Assembly: GCA_963828255.1 (NCBI GenBank)
Contig: CAWHDZ010000017.1
Coordinates: 1 to 64,000, forward strand
Direction of reading: 5' to 3'
Length of the DNA stretch: 64,000 bases
Source of the DNA: an uncultured delta proteobacterium
GTDB taxonomy: Bacteria > Myxococcota > Myxococcia > Myxococcales > Anaeromyxobacteraceae
Shown here one piece after another: positions 31,389-41,421 of this stretch; within the stretch, counting starts at the first letter, position 1, and every line of letters starts with the position of its first letter. A program made the position numbers and the translations under genes. The notes under the pieces are model-generated. The model saw only the letters and a program-made list of their open reading frames with translations. It did not search any database and had not been told where the DNA came from.

Positions 31389-32363
31389 ATGAGACTCCTC
31401 ACCGCACTCGCAGCCTGCCTGGCCCTCGCGCTCCCCGCCGCCCCGGCCCACGCCGCCTACCCGGAGCGCAACATCACCATGCTGGTCCCCTTCGCCGCCG
31501 GCGGCCCCACCGACGTGGTGGCGCGCATCGTGGCCGAGCACATGTCGCGGACGCTCGGGCAGCAGGTGATCATCGAGAACGTGGCCGGCGCCGGCGGGAC
31601 CACCGGCATCGCCCGCGCCGCGCAGGCGGCTCCCGACGGCTACGCCATCATGATGGGGCACATGGGGACCCACGGCGCCGCGCCGGCGGTCTACCCCGGC
31701 CTGAAATACGACCCCACCAAGGACTTCGCGCCGGTGGGGCTGGCGGCCGGCACGCCCATCGTGATCGTGGCCCGCAAGAGCTTCCCGGCCAAGGACCTGA
31801 AGGAGTTCATGACCTACGCCAAGGCCAACGCGTCGAAGCTCAACGAGGCCCACGCCGGCGTGGGCTCGGTCTCCTTCACCACCTGCTCGCTCCTCAACTC
31901 CATCCTCGGGGTCACCCCCACCCGCGTCGCCTACCGGGGCACCGGGCCGGCGCTGAACGACCTGGTCTCCGGCCAGGTGGACTACATGTGCGATCAGATC
32001 GTGAACCTGGTGCCGCAGATCCAGGCCGGGACCATCAAGGCCTACGCCGTGGCCCTGCCGGCGCGCTCCCCGGCCATCCCGGAGGTTCCGACCACGAAGG
32101 AGGCCGGGCTTCCCGAGTTCCAGGTCACCGCCTGGAACGCCATCTTCGCGCCCAAGGGCACGCCGCCCGAGGTCGTGGCCACGCTGAACGGGGCGCTCAT
32201 CAAGGCGCTCGAGGATCCGGCCACCAAGAAGCGGCTCCTCGACCTGGGCGCCGACCTCTCCGACACCGCATCGCGCACCCCCCAGGGGCTGCAGAAACTG
32301 GTGGAGAGCGAGGTGGCGCGCTGGAACAAGGTCCTCAAGGGCGCCGGGCAGGTCACGCAGTAG
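31389..32363 (+). CDS. tctC: TctC/Bug substrate-binding protein
   Basis: Signal peptide; VPFAAGGPTD and YRGTGPA motifs. Confidence 0.93.
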   Translation: MRLLTALAACLALALPAAPAHAAYPERNITMLVPFAAGGPTDVVARIVAEHMSRTLGQQVIIENVAGAGGTTGIARAAQAAPDGYAIMMGHMGTHGAAPAVYPGLKYDPTKDFAPVGLAAGTPIVIVARKSFPAKDLKEFMTYAKANASKLNEAHAGVGSVSFTTCSLLNSILGVTPTRVAYRGTGPALNDLVSGQVDYMCDQIVNLVPQIQAGTIKAYAVALPARSPAIPEVPTTKEAGLPEFQVTAWNAIFAPKGTPPEVVATLNGALIKALEDPATKKRLLDLGADLSDTASRTPQGLQKLVESEVARWNKVLKGAGQVTQ

Positions 32364-32439
32364 GAGACCTTGACCGGGACGATCCCCCGGGCCGGGCCAC
32401 GGGGGATCCTCACCCAGCCGATCGGGGCGGCGCCCGCGG

Positions 32440-32886
32440 CTACTTGTAGTAGCCGACCGCGCAGACCTGATCGCCGACCTTGGTGACGAAGCTCACCTTC
32501 TGGACGGGCTCGGTCGTTCCGGGGCGAGGCCACATGTAGGAGACCTCGCCGATCTTCCCCTGCTGCGCGGTCTTGTAGATCTCCTCGCCGAGGGCCTTGC
32601 CGGACTTGTCCTTCAGGTCCTTCAGGCTCTTGCCGACGAGGGAGGGGTGGGCGGTGAACATGCCGTCCGGGCCGCCGCAGAACGGATAGAGGTCACGGTC
32701 CTTGAAGCCTCCTTCGCCCTTGGTGAACATGGAGAGCGCGGTGGCCTGGTTGGCCTTCAGGGCGACCATGGCCTTCTCCAGCATCGCCTTGGCCTCGGCG
32801 GAGGTGCCGAAGTCGGCGGCGAGGGCGGAGGTTGCGAGGGCCAGCGAGAGAACGGCGAGACAACGGACGACCAGCTTGCGGATCAT
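32440..32886 (-). CDS. Stand-alone secreted Cache-domain protein
   Basis: C-terminal part of ORF 32440..34200; signal peptide, FKDRDLYPF, YMWPRPG..K and VGYY motifs. Confidence 0.8.
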   Translation of the reverse strand: MIRKLVVRCLAVLSLALATSALAADFGTSAEAKAMLEKAMVALKANQATALSMFTKGEGGFKDRDLYPFCGGPDGMFTAHPSLVGKSLKDLKDKSGKALGEEIYKTAQQGKIGEVSYMWPRPGTTEPVQKVSFVTKVGDQVCAVGYYK

Positions 32887-33087
32887 GACGGCCTCCTCGA
32901 CTACCTTGGTGGGTTGTCCCCTCCCACTTCGGGCTTCGGATAGTCGGTGAAGGGGGGCCAGGAGTGCAAGAGGGCGGCACTCGGCGAGGTGCGACGATAA
33001 GCCGCAGCGCGATCGCTTTCGCAGCAGCCCTCCTCGCCGTAAAAGAGGATTCGTTCTGTCCACTTTGCCCAGGGAGGCAACCCAAAG

Positions 33088-33945
33088 ATGAACCGGATCT
33101 CGATCGCAGCACTCGCGACCATCGCCACGCTGTCCACCGCCTGTGGAAGCAGCACCGACACGGATCCCCAGCCGGTCACCATCGACTTCAAGGCGCTGGT
33201 GGGCAACCAGGCGTTCAGCTGCGCCGACACCGCGGGCTACGCCATCGGGACCGGGACGCTCCCCTGGATCCCGAAGGACTTCCGTTTCTACGTCTCCAAC
33301 GTCCGGCTGGTGGACGCGAGCGGCGCCGAGGCGCCGGTCACCCTCGATTCCAGCTTCTGGCAGGGCTACGGCATCGCGCTGCTCGACTTCGAGAACGGGA
33401 CCGGGAACTGCACGGGGGGCACGCTCGAGATGAACACCTCCGTCATCGGCACCGCCAATCCCGGGACCTACGTGGGCCTCAAGTTCGACGTGGGCGTCCC
33501 CACGGCGTCGAACCACCTGAACTACCAGGCGGCCAACCCGCCGCTCTCCAACTCGGCGATGTACTGGAGCTGGACCAGCGGCTACAAGTTCATCAAGGTT
33601 GACGGGCTCATCAACCGCGCGACTCCCTTCACCTTCAACTTCCACCTGGGCTCGACCGGCTGCACGCTCGCGACCCCTGGCGACTTCTCGACCGCCTTCT
33701 GCACGACGCTCAACGTTCCCTCGGCGACCTTCACCCCCTTCAACGCCAGCACCCAGGCGGTGGCGCTCGACCTCGCGCTGCTCTTCGCGGCCACCAACTT
33801 CGACACCGCCGACGGCGGCGGAGCCCCCGGCTGCATGTCGGGCCCGACCGATCCCGAGTGCGCTCCGATCTTCCCGACGCTCGGGCTCCCCTTCGGCGCC
33901 ACTCCGGCCGGCACGCAGACCGCCTTCCGCGTGGTCGCGAAGTAG
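33088..33945 (+). CDS. mbnP: MbnP family copper-binding lipoprotein
   Basis: Lipobox STAC; DFRFYVS, LLDFENGTG.C, NH, MYWSW..GYKF (WxW) and FHLGSTGC motifs. Confidence 0.85.
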   Translation: MNRISIAALATIATLSTACGSSTDTDPQPVTIDFKALVGNQAFSCADTAGYAIGTGTLPWIPKDFRFYVSNVRLVDASGAEAPVTLDSSFWQGYGIALLDFENGTGNCTGGTLEMNTSVIGTANPGTYVGLKFDVGVPTASNHLNYQAANPPLSNSAMYWSWTSGYKFIKVDGLINRATPFTFNFHLGSTGCTLATPGDFSTAFCTTLNVPSATFTPFNASTQAVALDLALLFAATNFDTADGGGAPGCMSGPTDPECAPIFPTLGLPFGATPAGTQTAFRVVAK

Positions 33946-33963
33946 CAGGATGCCCGGGACGCC

Positions 33964-35094
33964 ATGCGTATCCGACTCGGACTCTCCACCGTCGTCGTCG
34001 CGCTCGTCGCGGCCTGCGGCGGTGGGGGGCCAGTCCGGACCACGTGGCCGGATACACCTGGGATCCTCCCGCGGGATTTCCCACGCCGGCAGATCCCGGC
34101 CAACAACCCGATGAGCGCCGTGAAGGTGGAGCTGGGGCGCCGCCTCTTCTACGACACGCGGCTCTCGGGCAACCAGACCTTCTCCTGCGCCAGCTGCCAC
34201 CTGCAGGAGCTCGCCTTCACCGACGGCCGGGCAGGGGGCTGGGCTCGACCGGGATGCTGCACCCCCGCGGGCCGCAGCCGCTCGCCAACCTCGCCTGCTT
34301 CCGCGCCTTCACCTGGGCCAACTCGGTCGTTCCCGACCTGGAGGTCCAGGCGCTCGTCCCCATGACGGGGAGCGACCCGGTGGAACTCGGCATCGCGGCA
34401 TGGACGTGGACGGTGGCCGCGCGCCTCGGGCCGACCCGGCGTACCCCGCGCTCTTCCGCGCCTCCTTCCCGGAGGAGGTGGAGCTCTTCACCTTCCCGAA
34501 CATCGCCAAGGCCATCGCCGCCTTCGAGCGGACGCTCATCTCGGGGAACTCGCCCTACGACCGGCACCAGCGCGGCGACGCCACGGCGCTCTCCGCTTCG
34601 GCGCGCCGGGGCGCGGACCTCTTCTTCTCGTCCCGGCTGGCCTGCGCAGAGTGCCACTCCGGCTTCGCCTTCACCGACGCCGCAGCGGCGCCGGGTGACG
34701 TCCGGGAATCCCTTCCCGTTCCACAACATCGGCCTCTACGACGTGGACGGGCGCGGCTGCGTACCCGGCCGGCGGGACCGGCCTCGAGGCGCTCACCGCC
34801 CGGCCCGAGGACATGGGCAAGTTCCGCACCCCACCCCTGCGCAACGTGGCGGTGACCGCCCCGTTCATGCACGACGGCAGCGTCGCCACCCTGTCCGAGG
34901 TGATCGACCTCTTCGCCGCCGGCGGACGGGCGCGGATGGAGAACGGGGCGCCGAGCCCGCTCCAGAGCCCGCTGGTCGGGGGATTCGCCATCACCCCCGG
35001 TGAGAAGGCCGACCTCCTGGCCTTCCTGGAGGCGCTGACCGACGAGGCGTTCCTCCGGGATCCCCGCTTCTCGGATCCCTTCGCGAACCGGTAG
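33964..35094 (+). pseudogene. mbnH: MbnH family di-heme enzyme (CCP/MauG superfamily), broken by about 6 frameshifts
   Basis: Pieces in different frames: [60 protein letters not shown]. Confidence 0.8.
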
Positions 35095-35108
35095 CGGTCC
35101 GGCCCGCC

Positions 35109-36539
35109 CTACCGCCGCGTGGTGACCTGGGAGACCGGGCGACCGCCCATGGTCCCGATGGTCCCGTATCCCGCCTCCGACGTCCCGGTCATGCAGGTCG
35201 CCCCCATCATGCCGCCGGGGGCGCAGTCCGCGTAGGCCATCTTGTCGATCTGCCCCTGGGTGGGGACCGCCGCCGGATCGGCCGCGTTGACGAAGATCAT
35301 CGCGTAGGCGTTTCCGGGGTTCGCGCCCGGATAGTTGAAGTGGAGCCCCGAGCCGGAGCCAGGCGCCCAGCCGTCGGTGCCGCCGAACTTCGGGTCGGTG
35401 GCCAGCGTGTCGGTCCCGTCGAGCCGGAAGGTGGTGACCAGCCATCCCTCCGCGCCGTCCAGCACGACGGGGCGCGCGGACAGCTGGTTGCCGAGGGTCA
35501 CCCAGGTCATGGTGTCGTCCGGGAAGCCGATCGGGCCGCCGGTCATGGACTCGCTCAGCTCGCCCCGCAGCGCGGAGACGACGCCCGAGCTGGCGTCGTA
35601 CGTGAACGTCCCGATGAAGATGGAATCGTTGGGCTGGGTGTCCGGCTCCCGGAAGGTGGCGACCACGTCGTAGAGGGTGACGATCTCCCCCGGTGCGGAG
35701 GGTGGGCTCGTCCCGGCGGCGTTGGTCGCGGCCACGGAGAGCCGGTACCCGGCGCAGGAGGAGGGGCAGGTGACGGTGACCGGCGTGGTCGCGCCGGTCG
35801 CCGACAGGCCCGCAGGGGTGGAGGAGACGACGTAGCCGGTGATGGGGCTGCCGCCGGCCTGGACCGCTCCGATGCGGACCGTCACGGAGGCCGGACCGGT
35901 CGCCGTGGCGGCGGCGCCGGACGGCGCGCCGGGGGGCGTCACCCCTGAAGGAACGGCGACGGCGATGGCCTGGGACGCCGTGACCTCTCCGGCGCTGGCG
36001 ACGATCGTGCAGTCGCCCGGGGAGAGGGCGGTGAGGAGCCCGGTGGCGGCGTCGACGAAGCAGACCGCCGGGGTGGCGCTGACGTAGGCGACGGCGAGGC
36101 CGGTGCTCTCGACGGCGGTGACGGTCGCCAGGTCGTACACGCTCGGTGATGGAGCGGGCCCGAAGGTGATCACGCCCCGGAAGGTGAAGGTGACGTCCTG
36201 GGTGGCCGAAGGGGCCGCGGCGTACTGCGCGTCCCCGGACTGGCTCGCGGCGACGGTGCAGGTGCCGGACGCGGTGGCGGTCACGACTCCGGTGACCGCG
36301 TCGGCGGAGCAGAGGGAGGGGGTCCGGCTGCCGTAGCGGACCGGGAGGCCAGAGCTGGCCGTGGCCGACACGGTCACGGAGGGCTGGTTGGGCGCGGGCG
36401 AGGGCGCGGGGGCGAAGGTGATGGTCTGCGGGCGCGCCTCGATCCGGGGACCCTCGTCGCACCCGAGGAGCGCCGAGGCCGCCAGCACGGCCAGGGAGGC
36501 CAGGATCGGGTCGCGGGCGGGCTTCGTGGAGGTGTGCAT
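35109..36539 (-). CDS. Lipoprotein with Ig-like repeats, FN3 and a C-terminal Cys/Met-rich domain
   Basis: Lipobox LLGC; QTITF..SGLPV repeats; FN3; YADCAPGGMMGATCMTG. Confidence 0.75.
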   Translation of the reverse strand: MHTSTKPARDPILASLAVLAASALLGCDEGPRIEARPQTITFAPAPSPAPNQPSVTVSATASSGLPVRYGSRTPSLCSADAVTGVVTATASGTCTVAASQSGDAQYAAAPSATQDVTFTFRGVITFGPAPSPSVYDLATVTAVESTGLAVAYVSATPAVCFVDAATGLLTALSPGDCTIVASAGEVTASQAIAVAVPSGVTPPGAPSGAAATATGPASVTVRIGAVQAGGSPITGYVVSSTPAGLSATGATTPVTVTCPSSCAGYRLSVAATNAAGTSPPSAPGEIVTLYDVVATFREPDTQPNDSIFIGTFTYDASSGVVSALRGELSESMTGGPIGFPDDTMTWVTLGNQLSARPVVLDGAEGWLVTTFRLDGTDTLATDPKFGGTDGWAPGSGSGLHFNYPGANPGNAYAMIFVNAADPAAVPTQGQIDKMAYADCAPGGMMGATCMTGTSEAGYGTIGTMGGRPVSQVTTRR

Positions 36540-36562
36540 GCCTGTTCTCGGGATCGGGCGGC

Positions 36563-38794
36563 TCAGAAGGAGAGGTTCAAGGCCACGTTGAACGACCGCG
36601 CCGCGCCGGGGACGGCGACGCCCCAGGGGATGCCGGTTGTGCTCATCGAGGGGCCCTGGCCGACGTAGGCCCCTCCCAGCGGGTTCGCGTAGAGCCGGTC
36701 GAGCAGGTTCTCGATGCCGACGTCCACCCGGATGAACCGCCACTCGTAGCTGCTGCGCAGGTTGAGCACGAAGTAGGCGCCGGTCGGGATCTCGTTCCGG
36801 ACCTGGGACAGGTGGGCCTTGGCCGCGACCGCCAGGAATTCCGCGGTGGTGGTCCAGGTGCCCAGCTGGTGGACCAGCGAGAGCAACCCGTTCAGCGGCA
36901 TGACGTTGAACAGGCCGTCACCCGTGGTGAGGTTGTCGCCCCGGACCCAGCCCAGCGAGAGGTTGCCGGTGAGGCTGCCCCAGGAGCTCCCCTCGGCGAG
37001 CAGCAGCCGGGCCGACAGGTCGAGCCCGTAGAGGCGGGCAGCCTGGTTCACGTACTGGAGGATCACGAAGCCGTCCGTGGCGGTCACGTTCTCCGGGCTG
37101 CACTGGCCGAAGTCGCAGCGGCGCGCGTCCACGTAGTCGTGGACGTGGGTGTAGTAGGCGGTGGCCTTGACGCCCCAGCGCGCCCTGGCCTCGTCGTGCC
37201 AGTCTCCGGTTGCGCTCACGGTGTGGGCGACCTCGGGGTCGAGACCGATGAGCCCGACGTAGCCGTTGCCGTCCCCCAGCAAATTGTTCATGAGCGCCGC
37301 CATGGCGTTGGTGGACCAGGGATAGCGCTGGTAGAGGTTCGGGGAGCGGGACTTGCGCGCGTAGCCCCCCTCGTAGGTCTGCGTGGGGTCCGGCGTGTAG
37401 CGCGCCAGCGCCGAGAGATCGAGGAGGAGGTCGGTGCGCCGGCGCGGCGTGGCGTTGAACGCGGCTGCGTCGATCCCCCAGGCGGGAAGGGAGTCGTCGT
37501 AGCCCTGGACCGGTCCGGCGTCGGTGATGACCGTCTCGCTGCGGATGCCCACCTGGCCGAGCCAGGCATCGGTCCAGCGAGCCTCCCACTCGGCGTACGC
37601 GTCGTACCGCTGCCGCTGCCCGTAGTCCACGTTCCAGAAGGTGTTCGGCCCCATGTTGCCGCCCACCGGCGGCCAGAAGTCGTACAGCGTGTGGGACTGG
37701 TACTCCGCGCCCACCCGGAGCAGGTGCCGGTCGGTCAGGATCACGTTGGCCTTGAGGACCGCCCCCCGGGTCCGCGCCTCGGTGATCATCGGCATGCCGG
37801 TCCCGTAGGAGTAGCGGTCAGGTCCCATGTCCATCTCGTGCTGGGTGTCCTGGTAGCTGAGGCGCCCCTCGAGGTCGCCCCAGGCGAACGACCCCGTGTA
37901 GCGCAGCGCGCCCTGCCAGTTGTCGTTGCCGGTCATGTCCATGCGCTGGTTCGGGAACCCCTCGAACCCCACCTTCTGCTGGCCGGCCTCCAGCTGGAGG
38001 AGGTGCCCCTGGGTTCGAAGCGAAAGCCCCAGCGACCGCCGGACGGTGCCGTGATAGGCCGAGGAGCCGACCACGTCGCCCGGGATGGGTTGGCCTCCCT
38101 CCGTGCCAGGCGTGGCGGGCTTGAAGCTGCCCCCCGCCTTGAAGTTCTCCGACCGCGAGTCGGACTGCCCGAAGGTCAGGTTCACCCACTCCCCGGCGAT
38201 GGTCGCCCGGAGGTTGTACCCGAAGCCGTTTCCGTTGCTGCGGTAGTACGAGCCCACCGTTCCACTGGCGAGGAACGGGTCGGTGGGAGTCGCGAACCGG
38301 GGCGGCGCGGACTTGACCTGGATCGAGCCTCCGATGCTGTCCCCACCCACGCTGACCGGGGTGATCCCGGAGAAGACGGTCACGCTCTCGATGCGGCTGG
38401 GGTCCGCGTAGGAGAGCGGCGAGTTCATGTGGTTGGGGCAGGCAGCCATCAGGTCGGCGCCGTCCACCTGGATGCGGAGCCGGTCGTCGGAGAGGCCGTG
38501 GATCGCCGGGAGGCTCGAGACGCCGCCCGCGCCGCTGAGGGTCACGCCGGGGACGCCGCGCAGCAGGTCGGCGGCGTCGCCCGTGGTGGACCTCCGGGCC
38601 GCCACGTCCGCCTTCCCGGGACCGGAGGAGCCGAGGCTCGCATCCGTGGACTCGACCTTCGGGTTGTCGATCACGACCTCGTCGAGGCGCACCTCGTCCT
38701 TCGGCTCGTCGTCCGCGAGGGCGAACAGCGGCACGAGGAGCAGCAGCGCGGGGAGGGGAATCGCCGGACGGATACGGTGCACCGGTCCCACCAT
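36563..38794 (-). CDS. TonB-dependent receptor, OprC-like copper type
   Basis: Plug motif CPNHMN (CxxxM); Met-rich loops; C-terminal Phe. Confidence 0.85.
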   Translation of the reverse strand: MVGPVHRIRPAIPLPALLLLVPLFALADDEPKDEVRLDEVVIDNPKVESTDASLGSSGPGKADVAARRSTTGDAADLLRGVPGVTLSGAGGVSSLPAIHGLSDDRLRIQVDGADLMAACPNHMNSPLSYADPSRIESVTVFSGITPVSVGGDSIGGSIQVKSAPPRFATPTDPFLASGTVGSYYRSNGNGFGYNLRATIAGEWVNLTFGQSDSRSENFKAGGSFKPATPGTEGGQPIPGDVVGSSAYHGTVRRSLGLSLRTQGHLLQLEAGQQKVGFEGFPNQRMDMTGNDNWQGALRYTGSFAWGDLEGRLSYQDTQHEMDMGPDRYSYGTGMPMITEARTRGAVLKANVILTDRHLLRVGAEYQSHTLYDFWPPVGGNMGPNTFWNVDYGQRQRYDAYAEWEARWTDAWLGQVGIRSETVITDAGPVQGYDDSLPAWGIDAAAFNATPRRRTDLLLDLSALARYTPDPTQTYEGGYARKSRSPNLYQRYPWSTNAMAALMNNLLGDGNGYVGLIGLDPEVAHTVSATGDWHDEARARWGVKATAYYTHVHDYVDARRCDFGQCSPENVTATDGFVILQYVNQAARLYGLDLSARLLLAEGSSWGSLTGNLSLGWVRGDNLTTGDGLFNVMPLNGLLSLVHQLGTWTTTAEFLAVAAKAHLSQVRNEIPTGAYFVLNLRSSYEWRFIRVDVGIENLLDRLYANPLGGAYVGQGPSMSTTGIPWGVAVPGAARSFNVALNLSF

Positions 38795-38936
38795 ACCCGG
38801 GAGGGACCCCCGTGGAGGTGCGGCCAAGTGTCGCAGGAGCTTCCCGCGGAAGACCTGGGCGACTGCGAACCCGCTGCATTCGCGCGCTCCCCGAGCCGGA
38901 GTGGACGGGAGGTTCGCGATGAAGCGCCTTCTCGTC

Positions 38937-39050
38937 GTCCTCGTGGCGCGCATGCTCCACCGGGGCAGCGGCAGGGCCGGCCCGTTCCTCGCGGTCAACT
39001 GCGGCGGGTTCACCGACGGCCTGCTGGCCAGCGAGCTCTTCCGTCACGGA
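38937..39050 (+). pseudogene. Remnant of a sigma-54 activator AAA domain
   Basis: LVARMLHR.S.RAGPFLAVNCGGF..LLASELF(R)H, isolated with no flanking domain. Confidence 0.7.
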
Positions 39051-39128
39051 TGTACCGGATGCTCTGGTCGGCAGGCCTGGAACCGGCCCAGTTCCGCGGT
39101 CGGCCGGTACCCGGGAATACGCAGTAGG

Positions 39129-39419
39129 CTACTTCACGGCCTTCTTGGCGGCGTCGGCGGTGTCGTCGGCGGCCTTCTTCGACCAGTCCGACGTGTCGTC
39201 GGCCGCCTTCTTGGTTGCCTTCGACGTGTCGTCGGCGGCCTTCTTCGACCAGTCCGACGTGTCGTCGGCGGCCTTCTTCGACCAGTCCTTCGTGTCGTCG
39301 GCAGCCTTCTTCGACCAGTCCTTCGTGTCGTCGACCGCCTTCTTGACGTCGTCGGCAGAAGCGGGGCCGGCAAGGGCCAGGAAGGCAACGGCGCACAGCG
39401 CGCTCAGGATCTTCTTCAT
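39129..39419 (-). CDS. Secreted small protein with 11-aa tandem repeats (LEA-like)
   Basis: Signal peptide plus ~6x KKAADDT(K/S)DWS. Confidence 0.75.
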   Translation of the reverse strand: MKKILSALCAVAFLALAGPASADDVKKAVDDTKDWSKKAADDTKDWSKKAADDTSDWSKKAADDTSKATKKAADDTSDWSKKAADDTADAAKKAVK

Positions 39420-39700
39420 GGTCGATTCTCCAGCCCGTTCTGGACCAGTTGAGGGTGTGCTTCACTCCATCGTGCCGCCCTGGGTCCGGGGCAACGAGAC
39501 TTTCGGGTCTACGGGCGCTCCTGTATGCGCGTCGCCGCGCTCCGACCCCGCGTGCACGGCCCGGCCCCCTCGAACCTCGTCAGCGCCACGAGGCCCTCGA
39601 AGTGAAGGAGGCGTGCCCTCATTCTGATGGGATGAGCCAGTTCCAGACGAGCGCGAAAGGGCTAAGCGCTCGCAAGTAGGGGATTTCGCCGGCGGCCCGG

Positions 39701-40318
39701 ATGCTGCTCTCTCATGACGCCATGAGAACAGCCATGTCGCCAGGACACACCATGGAAGCCCGCAGCGCGCTCCCCGCCCACGTTCCCCAGAAGGGACTGG
39801 ATCCGGCCGAGGTGGCTGCCCTCACCGCTGCCCTCGACGAGGTCCCGTCCTCGGCGTTCGTGATCTGGGCGGACGGAAGTGTCGCGCTCGCCAACGCCGC
39901 CGGCCGCGCGGCGATCGAACTGGCCCCGGAGCGCGTCGCCACGAGCCTCCTGGCGAGCCTGGGCGGACGCGACGACACGTTCCGTGTCCGGCGGATCGAC
40001 TACCCGGGGGCGCCCAGCCACTACGTCGCCGTGCAGCAGGGAAAGGCCGAGGATCCCGAGCCGCGTGTCGCGGCGGCGGTGGCGAACTGGGGTGTCACTC
40101 CGCGTCAAGCCGAGGTGCTCGGCCTGCTGGCTCTCGGGCAGGCGAACAAGACCATCGCAAGCGTCCTGGGGTGTGCGGGCGGGACAGTCGAGATCCACGT
40201 CACCGACTTGCTCAGGAAGTCGGGCTGCCAGAGCCGCTGCGAGCTGGTGTCGAGGTTCTGGTCCCGGCCGATCGCCCCGGTCCCGCAGGAGCGGTCGGGA
40301 CGGGGAGCGCGATCGTGA
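39701..40318 (+). CDS. LuxR-type HTH regulator with a PAS-like N-terminus
   Basis: TPRQAEVL.LLA.G.ANKTIA..LG...TVEIHV motif. Confidence 0.85.
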   Translation: MLLSHDAMRTAMSPGHTMEARSALPAHVPQKGLDPAEVAALTAALDEVPSSAFVIWADGSVALANAAGRAAIELAPERVATSLLASLGGRDDTFRVRRIDYPGAPSHYVAVQQGKAEDPEPRVAAAVANWGVTPRQAEVLGLLALGQANKTIASVLGCAGGTVEIHVTDLLRKSGCQSRCELVSRFWSRPIAPVPQERSGRGARS

Positions 40319-41193
40319 AGAACCGGCTCGACGACGGAACGGTCCGCATCCTCGACATGGCCTGTCTCTTCCTGGCGATGCCGGTGGCCTGGTGGGCCCG
40401 GGCGCTTCTCCCCGGGAGCGACCCCGTGCTGGCCCGGATCGAGTACGCACCCTTCCTCGCCTTCACCCTCCTCATGTGGTTCGTCGCCGCCCGCGTCTGC
40501 CTGGACCTCTACGAGGTGGACGGCGCCCGGGCCGAGCTCGGGGACCTCGACGGCCTTCCCACGCTCTCGTTCTCGAGCGCGCCGACCGACGAGGTCGCGC
40601 TGCTCTTCAAGCGTGCCTTCGACGTGCTCTCGAGCGCCGCGGCCCTGCTGCTCTTCTCGCCGGTGCTCCTGGCCACCGCACTCGCGGTCAAGCTCGAGTC
40701 CCCCGGGCCGGTCTTCTTCCGGCAGGTGCGGGTCGGGAAGAATGGCCGGCCCTTCCGGATGTTCAAGTTCCGCAGCATGCGCGCCGACGCCGAGGAGCGG
40801 CTCGAGTCGCTGCGGGCCCGGAACGAGGCCTCCGGTCCGGTCTTCAAGATGCGGAACGACCCACGTGTCACCCGCGTCGGCGCCTTCATCCGCCGGTACT
40901 CCATCGACGAGCTGCCCCAGTTCCTGAACGTCCTCTCCGGGGAGATGAGCGTCGTCGGTCCGCGGCCGCCGGTTCCGGCCGAGGTCCGTCAGTACGAGCG
41001 CTGGCAGCGCCGTCGCCTGAGCGTGAAGCCCGGGATCACCTGCACCTGGCAGGTGAGCGGCAGGTCGGACATCACCTTCGACCGGTGGATGGAGCTCGAC
41101 CTCGCCTACATCGACTCCTGGTCGCTCTGGCGGGACGTGCAGATCTGCTTCCAGACCATTCCCGCGGTGCTGACCTCGCGCGGCGCGCGGTGA
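40315..41193 (+). CDS. Polyprenyl-phosphate hexose-1-P transferase (WcaJ/EpsZ-like), apparently internally deleted
   Basis: KRAFD, KFRSM, SIDELPQ, GEMSVVGPRP and KPGIT motifs; short N-terminus; GTGA overlap with the upstream gene. Confidence 0.85.
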   Translation: MKNRLDDGTVRILDMACLFLAMPVAWWARALLPGSDPVLARIEYAPFLAFTLLMWFVAARVCLDLYEVDGARAELGDLDGLPTLSFSSAPTDEVALLFKRAFDVLSSAAALLLFSPVLLATALAVKLESPGPVFFRQVRVGKNGRPFRMFKFRSMRADAEERLESLRARNEASGPVFKMRNDPRVTRVGAFIRRYSIDELPQFLNVLSGEMSVVGPRPPVPAEVRQYERWQRRRLSVKPGITCTWQVSGRSDITFDRWMELDLAYIDSWSLWRDVQICFQTIPAVLTSRGAR

Positions 41194-41421
41194 TCGGTCC
41201 GCCCCGTCGCGCCAAGCCAGATCCGACAGGGGCCCGTGACGCTGTGCATGGCCCAGAGGTCCCCGTCCGGGCCGTAGGCGAGGGCGGAGAAGGTGGCCCC
41301 GGTCCCGGCGCCGACCGGCTGGGTCCCTGGCGCTGGCACAGGTCCTCATGGCCATTCGCGGCGCCGTTGCCGGAGAACGTGGCGACGACCAGCGGCACGG
41401 GGCCGTCCTGAACTCTTCGGG

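Noticed and set aside
33088..38794. Methanobactin biosynthetic cluster
   Set aside because: No mbnA precursor, mbnB or mbnC seen.
41190..41350. Possible beta-propeller remnant (ALAYGPDGDLW)
   Set aside because: A single short motif; too little evidence to call.
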